The notes below the pieces were generated by a model that ran no database searches, was not told the origin of the DNA, and saw only the letters and a list, made by a program, of their open reading frames with translations. Positions 21,057-29,715 of a DNA stretch of 64,000 bases are shown here, in pieces (within the stretch, counting starts at the first letter, position 1; each line of letters opens with the position of its first letter). The stretch covers positions 13,461 to 77,460 of the forward strand of contig CAISBR010000004.1 in assembly GCA_903883645.1 (NCBI GenBank). Reading direction: 5' to 3'. The DNA is from an uncultured Myxococcales bacterium. Its GTDB lineage: Bacteria > Myxococcota_A > UBA9042. The translations under genes were made by a program, and so were the position numbers.

Positions 21057-21695
21057 ATGGCACACACGACGGCGCGAGCGACAGGGCAGCGGGGGGCGTT
21101 GGCAGCGATGGTGGCGGCGGCAGTGGCCTTTGGTGCACTGGGCGCACCGCCCTTGGATGCAGACGACGATGCGGCGGCCAAACAGGAGCACGCGCAGCTA
21201 GTGGCGGTAACGCCCGAGACCGTCAAGGCACTGGGGCGGCTTGTCAAAGACCCGCTGTCGCCGTCGGGCTGGTCGGCCGAGATCGAAGTGACCAATCCGG
21301 CGCAAGAGACCGTGGGGCTCGACGTGGTGGTGGCGGTGACGGAGTCGCGCGGTGGCGGCATGTCGCGCATGCCCGCGATGCCCGTGGTTAAATTTTCGCA
21401 AAAGACCCATCTCGAACTGCTGGCCGGTGCGCGGGTCAAGCAGCGCGTGGCCATCCCCAAGGGCACGCTGAGCATTAAGGGCGACAAGGTGCTGCGGCCG
21501 ACCGCGGTTCGGGTGGCCATCGACAAGCTGCGGCGGGCCGACGGTACGCTGGTGGCGGCGAAAAGTATGGGGCGAAAGCTGTTGCCATCACTGGCGATTG
21601 GCGACCTTGGCGACCTTCTCGACGACCTTGAGAAGCCGCCCATGGCCGCGCCAGCCCAGGGCGACGCGGTGGCCAAGCAGGCGCCGCAGCCCTAG
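21057..21695 (+). CDS. Secreted hypothetical protein
   Basis: SD GAGGAG, hydrophobic N-terminus, beta-rich body. Confidence 0.55.
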   Translation: MAHTTARATGQRGALAAMVAAAVAFGALGAPPLDADDDAAAKQEHAQLVAVTPETVKALGRLVKDPLSPSGWSAEIEVTNPAQETVGLDVVVAVTESRGGGMSRMPAMPVVKFSQKTHLELLAGARVKQRVAIPKGTLSIKGDKVLRPTAVRVAIDKLRRADGTLVAAKSMGRKLLPSLAIGDLGDLLDDLEKPPMAAPAQGDAVAKQAPQP

Positions 21696-21731
21696 CGATT
21701 GCCTTCAGCGCGGCGCAGGCGCAGGATCCAT

Positions 21732-22955
21732 ATGGAATTGCTGAGGTCGTTGCCAATGCCGCGTTGGGCCGCTATTGCCGGGGGACTTGGAGCGGGCGCG
21801 CTGGCGGCGCTGCTGGTCAATGGCCTACAACCGAGCAAGATACTTGACAAAACCTTGCCGATGCAGGCGATTTCGGAGCTGGATGGCAGGCTGAGCCAGG
21901 TTTGGCTGCAGTACTCGGCCGCGGCGCAAGCGGTGGTGGGGCCGGCGCAGCTCGAGTTCGTGCGGGCGCTGCCGGCGACGACGGCGCAGGTCTGGACGGT
22001 GGCGCGCGGCGAGGAAGCCAAGCAATTACGGAACTTTCTGAGCCATGGCGGGGTGACGCTAAACGCCCAGTCCCAGGTGATCGAGGTGCCCGGGCCGCTG
22101 ACGCCGTGGACCCGCGATCGGGCCCTGGCACTGCGCCGCGGCGGGCAGTTGGCGCTGCTAGTGCCGCCGGAACCGGGTGAGAGCTGGCCCGAGCGGCAGG
22201 GCGACTGGCACGCCGTGCAGTGGCTGGCAAGCGGGCGGCAGGGGACAAAGAGCCTAGAGCTGCCTATTGATTTTGACGCGGGCGACCTGATCTTGAGCGA
22301 CGAAGCGACGCTGTTTGACGCCAACTTACTGGCCAAAAACCGTGGGCGCGGTTTTGCGAATTTGGCGGAATTGGCCACGGCCGTGGCGGGTTGGACCGGG
22401 CGGCCGGCGCTGGCTTTGGGGCACGACGAGGGCGATGTGCCGCGCTACCACATGGCGATGTACGTGATGCCGCTGGGGCACAAGCGAGTGCTGGTGGGTG
22501 ATCCGCAGCTGGGGCGCGCACTTACTGGGCCTAGGTGGCAGCCCGGCGACCGCTCGCCCGACGACGATAGCCTGCTGCTGGCCGACGATTCGACGGTGAC
22601 TCAGGCGCGTTTTGACCGTGCAGCCAAAGACTTGCAAGCCCAAGGTTGGGCGGTGACGCGCGCGCCGGTGGTCGCTTTTGACGACCGCACCTACCTAAGC
22701 TACACCAATGTGGTCGCGGAGATCGGCGCTCAGGGGCCGCGGGTGTACCTGCCGCACTACGCGAGCGCGACCGACGCCGCCGATTCGGTGCTTGGCCGCC
22801 TAGACGCTGCGGGGCGTGCGCCGTGGCAGCGTGCGGGGTTCGCCGTCGTGCCGATTCATGTGGCCGGAGTGTGGCGACATCACGGAACAATCGGCTGCTT
22901 AGTCAATGTGTTGTGGCGCGGATCGCTGCCCGCAACGCCGGCAGTGTCGCGCTAG
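21732..22955 (+). CDS. Guanidino-modifying (agmatine/peptidylarginine deiminase-like) enzyme
   Basis: DAGDL, YHMAMY, SYTN and C-terminal HGTIGCL motifs of the pentein fold; N-terminal hydrophobic segment. Confidence 0.65.
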   Translation: MELLRSLPMPRWAAIAGGLGAGALAALLVNGLQPSKILDKTLPMQAISELDGRLSQVWLQYSAAAQAVVGPAQLEFVRALPATTAQVWTVARGEEAKQLRNFLSHGGVTLNAQSQVIEVPGPLTPWTRDRALALRRGGQLALLVPPEPGESWPERQGDWHAVQWLASGRQGTKSLELPIDFDAGDLILSDEATLFDANLLAKNRGRGFANLAELATAVAGWTGRPALALGHDEGDVPRYHMAMYVMPLGHKRVLVGDPQLGRALTGPRWQPGDRSPDDDSLLLADDSTVTQARFDRAAKDLQAQGWAVTRAPVVAFDDRTYLSYTNVVAEIGAQGPRVYLPHYASATDAADSVLGRLDAAGRAPWQRAGFAVVPIHVAGVWRHHGTIGCLVNVLWRGSLPATPAVSR

Positions 22956-23059
22956 GTGCGGTGCATCGCAGCAGGCGATTCTTGTGTCCGTGCCGCGGTC
23001 TGGGTAGCATGGCGGTAGCGGCTGGCGGCACAGGCACGCGGCGCCAAGGCGCAGTCAAT

Positions 23060-26000
23060 ATGCAAGGCCAGCACGGTCGGGGTCATTCTTTGAAGTACTT
23101 GTCTGTGATTAAGCACTTTACGGCCATGGTGGCGCTGGCAGCCCTAGCGGCCGGCTGCAGCGAAAACGTTGTCACCAGCGGCAGCAAGGCCTTGAGCGAC
23201 GCCAAAGCCGACCAGCAAGTGGTCGATCTGCCGCTGGCCGCCAGCAGCGATCAAGCGGCGTGGTTGTGCCCGGGCGGCTATGGCTGCGCGTGCGAAAACG
23301 ACGCTGCGTGCCCCAGTTCGGGCCTGTGCGTCGCCGACGGCAAGGGCCCGGCACACTGCGCGGTACCCTGCCCCGAGGGCTACTGTAGCGACGGCGAGGT
23401 GTGCCGACCGCTGCCCAGCGCGAAAGATGGCGGCAACTGGTGCATCGGCAAGACGGCCCACCTGTGCGATCCCTGCGCCACGACTGCGGATTGTGCCATT
23501 GCCGGCCACCCGCAGGCCCGCTGCGTCGACTATGGCAGCGACGGGCACTTCTGCGGCCTAGCCTGCCAGGGCGATGCCGAGTGCGGCGCGGGCTACCACT
23601 GCGGGCAAGTGAGCACAACAGATGGCAATTCGGCCATGCAGTGTGTCAAGAGCGGCGTTCAACCGGGCCAGCTGGGCGTGTGCGAGTGCAGCGCGCGTGC
23701 CAAGAGCCAAAAGCTTGAAACAGTATGCGGCGTAGGTACTTGCAAGGGCAAACGCAGCTGCAGCGACGCGGGCTTGGCGGCGTGCAGCGGCGCGGCACCG
23801 GGCAACGAAGAGTGCAACGGCCAAGACGACGACTGCGACGGCCAGACAGACGAGACCAGCTGCAGCGACAACAACCCTTGCACAATAGATAGTTGCGACC
23901 TATCCAAAGGCTGCAGCCACGCGCCCGCCGACAGTTTGCCTTGCTCCGACAAGACGGCGTGCACCGAGGGCGATGCCTGCAAGAACGGCGCGTGCCAGCC
24001 AGGCCCCGAGGTCAACTGCGACGACGCAAACCCATGCACCATCGAGACTTGTGACCCCATCAAGGGTTGCCAGACCAAGTTCAGCGACGGCAAGGCCTGC
24101 GACGACGGCGATGCCTGCACCAAAGACGAGGCGTGCAGCAGCGGCGCGTGCGCCAGCGGCAAGCCACTGATCTGCGACGACAAAAACCCTTGCACCGCCG
24201 ACACGTGCAGCGCCGGTGAATGCACCGCCACGCCGGTTGACGGCGCACCCTGCAGCGACGGCAGCGCCTGCACGGGCGCCGACACGTGCGCGGGCGGCAA
24301 ATGCGCCGGCACCACGCTGGTCTGCGACGACAAAAATGCCTGCACCATAGACAGTTGCGACCCTGCCAAGGGCTGCATCTATCTGCCCGGCCCCGCCACC
24401 GCCTGCGACGACGGCAACTTGTGCACCACCGGCGAGACCTGCCAAAGCGGCAACTGCACCGGCGGCACGACGCAAGCGTGCGCCAACGACAACGCGTGCG
24501 CCACCGCCGCGTGCCAGCCCGCGACCGGACTTTGCGCCATCAAAAAGAAGGCCGACGGCACCCTATGCAGCGACGGCAAGACCTGTACCGCCGAAGATCA
24601 TTGCGCTACGGGCGCTTGCGTGGCCAAGCTAAGCTGCGACGACAAGGACGCGTGCACCGCCGACCTCTGCGGCTTGAACGGCAACTGCACCCACGTGCCC
24701 ATTACGACGGGGAACTGCATACCAGCCGCCTGCGTCGGGGTCGACTGCGATGACAAAAATGGTTGCACGATCGATGGTTGCGACGGCAGCGGCTGCACCC
24801 ACACCGCGGCAGTGGGCCAAAGTTGCGACGACGCCAGCCTCTGCACGGTGGGCGACGTCTGCAGCCAGCAGGGCAAGTGCGCGGGTGCCAGCGTGATCTG
24901 CGGCGACGATAACCCTTGCACAACCGATAGTTGCGACCCACTCAAGGGCTGCAGCAACACCGAGAACAGCCTGCCTTGCGACTTGGGCGGCTGCCAGGCG
25001 GGCGCGTGCACTGCGGGAAGCTGCGTGGGCACGGGGCAAGTCGGCTGCGACGATAAGAGTCCTTGCACGAGCGACAGTTGTGAGGCCAGCGGCTGCGTAC
25101 ACACCCCCACCGGCGACGGCACCGGCTGCGACGATAGCGACGCCTGCAGCAGCGGCGACACGTGCAAAGGCGGGGTATGCGCCGGCACCGCGCTCGATTG
25201 CACCCTGCCCGGCAACCCTTGCGCCGTTGGCCAATGCGAGGGCAGCCCCGGCCAATGCACCGTAACCAAGCTAAACGACGGCACATCGTGCGACGACAGC
25301 AACACCTGCACCAAGGCCGACAGCTGCGCAAATGGCGCTTGCGGCGGCAGCGCGGTCGACTGCGACGACAAAAATGCTTGCACTACAGACAGTTGCGACA
25401 AGACGGCTGGCTGCCAACACGCCAACGCCAGCGACGGCAGCAGCTGCAGCGACAGCGACGCCTGCACGGTCAGCGACGCCTGCACCAGCGGCACCTGCAG
25501 CGGCACGGCCAAGGTCTGCGACGACAAGAATCCTTGCACCAGCGATGGTTGCGACCTCTCGGTCGGCTGCACGGTCGCGGCAGTGAGCGATGGCCAAACC
25601 TGCGACGACGGCGACACCTGCACCCTGAGCGATGCCTGCCAAAGCGGCAAATGTACAGGTAATCTTGGCGCAGACGCGGTCAGCTCGCTAGCCGGTGCGG
25701 GCAGCTCGGGCTACATAAACGGCAAGGGCGCGGCGGCCAAGTTCACCCTGCCCTCGGCCATCGCAGTGGGCGCGGACGGCACGTTGTACATCGCAGACGC
25801 CGCGGCCAATGGGGCGTATATCCGAAAAGTACTGCAAGATGGCACTGTTACCAACCTTGCCGGCAAGGGAATCGACGGTTTTGCCGATGCCAGCGGCGCT
25901 TTGGCCCAGTTTTGGAACCCCGCCGGCCTCGCGGTCGATGCCTCGGGCACGGTCTACGTGGCTGACCGGTTTAACCAGCGTATTCGCAAGATTACCGCAA

Positions 26001-26692
26001 TTGGGGTGGTCACTACGCTCGCTGGCGACGCGGCCGAGCCGGGCTTCTTGGATACCAAAGCCATCGGCGGCTACCAAGACGGCCAAGGCACGGCGGCGCG
26101 CTTTGACGAACCCGCCGCGATCGCGCTGGGCCCCGACGGCAAGCTGTACGTCGCCGAGGCCGCCAACCACAAGATCCGCGTGGTCGATAGCGACGGCACG
26201 GTCACGACCCTCGCCGGCAGCAGCCAAGGCTACCTCGACGGCACGGGCACTAGCGCCAAGTTCGACGCACCGCAGGGCATCGCTGTGGCGGCGAACGGCA
26301 CTGTCTACGTCGCCGACACGGGCAACAACCGCATCCGCGCCATCAGCGGCGGGGTAGTAACTACCTTTGCCGGAACGGGAATCTACGGATACGCCGACGA
26401 CCTGCTGCAAAACGCCTGCATCGCCGCCCCAGCCGGCATGAGCATCGGCAGCGACGGCACGCTGTACGCAACGGACGCATTCCACACCATCCGCGCGCTC
26501 AGCAGCACGGTCGTGACGACACTGGCGGGCATCGGCGGCGCGTCGGGCTACCTGGATGCGGCGCCGCTGCAAGCGAAGTTCAATGGCCCGCTCGGCGTGG
26601 TGTGGGCGGGCAAGGGGCTGTGGTTCGTAGCGGATACGCTCAACTTCCGCGTGCGCAAGCTTCTTTCGCCCACGCTGGCTTGCAAACCGTAG
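23060..26692 (+). CDS. Large lipoprotein: Dictyostelium-type Cys repeats plus C-terminal NHL beta-propeller
   Basis: Lipobox LAAGC; EECNGQDDDCDGQTDE; many CDDxNxCTxDxC repeats; NHL blades (G.AVDASGTVYVAD..N.RIR). Confidence 0.85.
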   Translation: MQGQHGRGHSLKYLSVIKHFTAMVALAALAAGCSENVVTSGSKALSDAKADQQVVDLPLAASSDQAAWLCPGGYGCACENDAACPSSGLCVADGKGPAHCAVPCPEGYCSDGEVCRPLPSAKDGGNWCIGKTAHLCDPCATTADCAIAGHPQARCVDYGSDGHFCGLACQGDAECGAGYHCGQVSTTDGNSAMQCVKSGVQPGQLGVCECSARAKSQKLETVCGVGTCKGKRSCSDAGLAACSGAAPGNEECNGQDDDCDGQTDETSCSDNNPCTIDSCDLSKGCSHAPADSLPCSDKTACTEGDACKNGACQPGPEVNCDDANPCTIETCDPIKGCQTKFSDGKACDDGDACTKDEACSSGACASGKPLICDDKNPCTADTCSAGECTATPVDGAPCSDGSACTGADTCAGGKCAGTTLVCDDKNACTIDSCDPAKGCIYLPGPATACDDGNLCTTGETCQSGNCTGGTTQACANDNACATAACQPATGLCAIKKKADGTLCSDGKTCTAEDHCATGACVAKLSCDDKDACTADLCGLNGNCTHVPITTGNCIPAACVGVDCDDKNGCTIDGCDGSGCTHTAAVGQSCDDASLCTVGDVCSQQGKCAGASVICGDDNPCTTDSCDPLKGCSNTENSLPCDLGGCQAGACTAGSCVGTGQVGCDDKSPCTSDSCEASGCVHTPTGDGTGCDDSDACSSGDTCKGGVCAGTALDCTLPGNPCAVGQCEGSPGQCTVTKLNDGTSCDDSNTCTKADSCANGACGGSAVDCDDKNACTTDSCDKTAGCQHANASDGSSCSDSDACTVSDACTSGTCSGTAKVCDDKNPCTSDGCDLSVGCTVAAVSDGQTCDDGDTCTLSDACQSGKCTGNLGADAVSSLAGAGSSGYINGKGAAAKFTLPSAIAVGADGTLYIADAAANGAYIRKVLQDGTVTNLAGKGIDGFADASGALAQFWNPAGLAVDASGTVYVADRFNQRIRKITAIGVVTTLAGDAAEPGFLDTKAIGGYQDGQGTAARFDEPAAIALGPDGKLYVAEAANHKIRVVDSDGTVTTLAGSSQGYLDGTGTSAKFDAPQGIAVAANGTVYVADTGNNRIRAISGGVVTTFAGTGIYGYADDLLQNACIAAPAGMSIGSDGTLYATDAFHTIRALSSTVVTTLAGIGGASGYLDAAPLQAKFNGPLGVVWAGKGLWFVADTLNFRVRKLLSPTLACKP

Positions 26693-26751
26693 CGCGCGCG
26701 ACCACCATCGCTGGCGCAAACCCTGGCGACCGCGCAGCGAGGCAACCGGCT

Positions 26752-27552
26752 ATGCATTCAGCGCGACTGCACGCAAGTAAGCCCTTTATCATCGCGATGT
26801 TGCTAGGCATCCTGGCGGGCTGCGATGTGCCCAGTGCCACCGGCGTGGCAACGGCTGCGGTGGCCGAAGCCGCGACGCCACTCGAAACCGGATCGCTCGA
26901 CGCCGTGCTCGAATACCGCGCGCCACCCGCAAAATCTGCGCCCAGGGTGGCCAAGGGCGAGCCCAGGCCCGAGCCCAAGCCGAAACTGGAACCCAAGCCG
27001 GACCCCAAGCCAACGGGGCCGAGCGCCGAGCTCCTGGCCGCCCAGGCCGAACTTGCGCGTATTCAGGGCGATACTGCGACGATTGCGGCGGCCGAAGCCG
27101 CCTTGCGCGCGGCCACTGCCGAAGCTGCGGCGGCCAATGCCCCCATCGCGGCCGAACTGGCTGCGGTATCGCGCAAGATCCAAGAGGTAGCGCTGAGCAT
27201 GGAGATTGAGTCGGCACAAGTGCGCCAAAACAAATGCTGTTCGGTGTGCGGCAACAGCAAGACCGAAATCGAGAGGAACGGCGAGCCGTTCGACAAGCAC
27301 CTGACCAACGTGAAGGGCACCATCGCCGTGTGCAAGCCGGGTAAGCTAGAGGCGGTACAACGCAAGTATGCTGGGCAGTTAGAGCCCCTGAAGCAACGGG
27401 CGGCCGAGCTGCGGGCCAAGGTGGGGCCGGCCTCGCAAGCGGCGCAAGCCAAGGTCAACGCGGCCCTGGCGGCGGTAGATGCGGCGAAGGTGGATCGCGC
27501 GCAAAAGCTGGCCGCGGCGCAGGCCAAGCTCGATGCAGCGGCGCACAAATAG
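26752..27552 (+). CDS. Coiled-coil lipoprotein with central Cys/His motif
   Basis: Lipobox LAGC, PK/PE linker, Ala-rich heptads around CCSVC...H...C. Confidence 0.65.
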   Translation: MHSARLHASKPFIIAMLLGILAGCDVPSATGVATAAVAEAATPLETGSLDAVLEYRAPPAKSAPRVAKGEPRPEPKPKLEPKPDPKPTGPSAELLAAQAELARIQGDTATIAAAEAALRAATAEAAAANAPIAAELAAVSRKIQEVALSMEIESAQVRQNKCCSVCGNSKTEIERNGEPFDKHLTNVKGTIAVCKPGKLEAVQRKYAGQLEPLKQRAAELRAKVGPASQAAQAKVNAALAAVDAAKVDRAQKLAAAQAKLDAAAHK

Positions 27553-27558
27553 CCAAAA

Positions 27559-29016
27559 CTAGATGCCGATCAGCACCTTGAGCAGCCTCTCAATCGGCTT
27601 GCCGTAGGGCGGATTGGTCATGCCGGCGGCGTTCATGCGGCTTTGGTAGAAGACGCCTTTGCAGTGCGACAGGGTGTCGAAGCCCACCTTGCCGTGGTAC
27701 GCGCCCATACCAGCCGGGCCAACTCCGCCAAAGGGCAGTTCTTCTTGGGCAATATGCAAGATGGTGTCGTTGACGGTGACGCCGCCCGAAGTGGTGCGCT
27801 CGACCACCGTGCCGATGCGGCCACTGTCGCGATCGAAGTAGTACAAGGCGAGGGGCCGCGGCCGGGCGTTCACGTAAGCAATGGCGCTGTCTAAGGAATC
27901 GTACTCGACGAGCGGCAGAATCGGCCCAAAAATCTCGTCTTGCAGCACGGCCATCGTGTCGTTTGCGCCAATCACCAGGGTGGGCACCAGCTTGCGCGCC
28001 GCGGGTTCAAAGGTCTCGCCGGCAGGATTGAGCTCGACCAGCTGTGCGCCACCGGCCTTGGCCTCGGCCAGATAGCCCTGCAAACGCTCGAATTGACGGT
28101 CGTTAATCACCGCACAGTAGTCGGGGCTCTGCGCCAGGGTCGGCCGCAGACGCGCGATCACGGCCTGGCAAGCCTGCACAAACGCTTGGGTCTGGCCGCG
28201 CGGCACCAGCACATAGTCGGGGGCGATGCAGGTCTGGCCGGCGTTCAGCAGCTTGCCCACTAAGATACGTTCGGCTGCTTTTTCAAGAGGATACGACCCA
28301 TGCACGATAACCGGCGACTTGCCGCCAAGCTCGAGCGTCACCGGTACCAAGTTCTCGGCGGCGGCCCTCATCACGGCGTGGCCCACGCGCGTCGATCCGG
28401 TAAATACAATATGATCGAGGGGTAAGCGGCACAGCGCCTCGGCCACCTCCGGCCCGCCCTGGACCACCTGCACCTGATCGGGGGCAAAGACCTCGCGGAT
28501 CATGCGCGCCAGCAGCTCGGACGTCTGCGGCGTAAACTCCGAAGGCTTGATGATCACGCGGTTACCCGCCGCCAGCGCACACACCAGCGGGGCCAGCGCC
28601 AGCTGCACGGGGTAGTTCCACGGCGCCAGAATCGCCACCACGCCCAGCGGCTGCGGATGCACCTTGTTGCTGCCCGGCTGAAAAGCCCAGTGCACCGGCA
28701 TGGTTCGCGGCCGTGCCCAGCGCGCTAGGTGCTGCCGCGCGTGCTTTAGGCCCGCCAGAGTAGGAAACAGGTCGGCCAGCAGCGTCTCGTGGCGCGAGCG
28801 GGTGCCAAAATCGGCCTGGATGGCGGCGACAATGTCTTCGGTGTGGGCGCGAATCACCCGTTCCAGGGCATCGAGCCACGCGCGCCGGCAGGCGACACTG
28901 GGCGGCGCTTCGCTGCGACTCAGCTGGTGCATCTTGGCGAAGGTTGTACGCATTTCGACGATGGCGGGCGACTCGTCGCGGTGGTCGTCTAAGTGGGCAA
29001 GCGTAGCGGTACTCAT
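27559..29016 (-). CDS. Aldehyde dehydrogenase (coniferyl-aldehyde dehydrogenase-like)
   Basis: PWNYP, FTGS, LELGGKSP, NAGQTCIAPDY, EIFGP, LPFGGVG; SD GGAGG. Confidence 0.93.
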   Translation of the reverse strand: MSTATLAHLDDHRDESPAIVEMRTTFAKMHQLSRSEAPPSVACRRAWLDALERVIRAHTEDIVAAIQADFGTRSRHETLLADLFPTLAGLKHARQHLARWARPRTMPVHWAFQPGSNKVHPQPLGVVAILAPWNYPVQLALAPLVCALAAGNRVIIKPSEFTPQTSELLARMIREVFAPDQVQVVQGGPEVAEALCRLPLDHIVFTGSTRVGHAVMRAAAENLVPVTLELGGKSPVIVHGSYPLEKAAERILVGKLLNAGQTCIAPDYVLVPRGQTQAFVQACQAVIARLRPTLAQSPDYCAVINDRQFERLQGYLAEAKAGGAQLVELNPAGETFEPAARKLVPTLVIGANDTMAVLQDEIFGPILPLVEYDSLDSAIAYVNARPRPLALYYFDRDSGRIGTVVERTTSGGVTVNDTILHIAQEELPFGGVGPAGMGAYHGKVGFDTLSHCKGVFYQSRMNAAGMTNPPYGKPIERLLKVLIGI

Positions 29017-29058
29017 GGAGCCTCCTGGCAAGAAGATGGCGGATTCTGTGCGGTTTGA

Positions 29059-29694
29059 CTAGAGCGAGGTAAGAATCTGCAGCAACTGTGCGGCATCTGC
29101 GGCCGTATGGCGAAGATGCGCAACCTCGGCCGGGCGAAAGCCCCACTGTACCCCCACGGGCCGCATCCCGGCATTGACGGCCGTTTGCAGGTCGACTTCG
29201 GTATCGCCCACAAACCAGCAATCTGCAGGCTGTACACCGAGTTGCCGGCAGATATCGAGCGCCGCCGCCGGATCGGGCTTGCGCGGCCAGTCGGGGCGCT
29301 GCCCCACCACCGCACGCCACGGAACTCGGCCAAAGTAGTGCTGAACCAGGGCCTGGGTCGCCGGGTGAGGCTTATTCGACAGCACCGCGAGCGGCACGCC
29401 GGCCAGCACCAGCTGATCGAGCACGGACTCTAGGCCCGGATAGACACGAGTCTGGTCGCACATCCTTTGTGTATACAAGATCTTGTAGCGGGCTAGCCAC
29501 TCTAACTGCGGCTCGGCCGGCGCTGTCGCCCGCTGCAGCAGCATCTCGGCCCCTTCGCCAACAAAGTGGTAATACTCGGCCACGGGGTGCACAGGCAGGT
29601 TCACTTCGGCGAGCAGTGCGTTCGCCGCCGCCGCGATGTCGGCCACGGAGTCGATGAGCGTGCCGTCGAGGTCAAAGATCACCGCACGGGGCAT
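29059..29694 (-). CDS. HAD-family hydrolase (phosphoglycolate phosphatase-like)
   Basis: FDLDGTL, LSNK, KPDP, VGDTEVD. Confidence 0.9.
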   Translation of the reverse strand: MPRAVIFDLDGTLIDSVADIAAAANALLAEVNLPVHPVAEYYHFVGEGAEMLLQRATAPAEPQLEWLARYKILYTQRMCDQTRVYPGLESVLDQLVLAGVPLAVLSNKPHPATQALVQHYFGRVPWRAVVGQRPDWPRKPDPAAALDICRQLGVQPADCWFVGDTEVDLQTAVNAGMRPVGVQWGFRPAEVAHLRHTAADAAQLLQILTSL

Positions 29695-29715
29695 AAGATT
29701 TTCCTGAGCAAGGCA

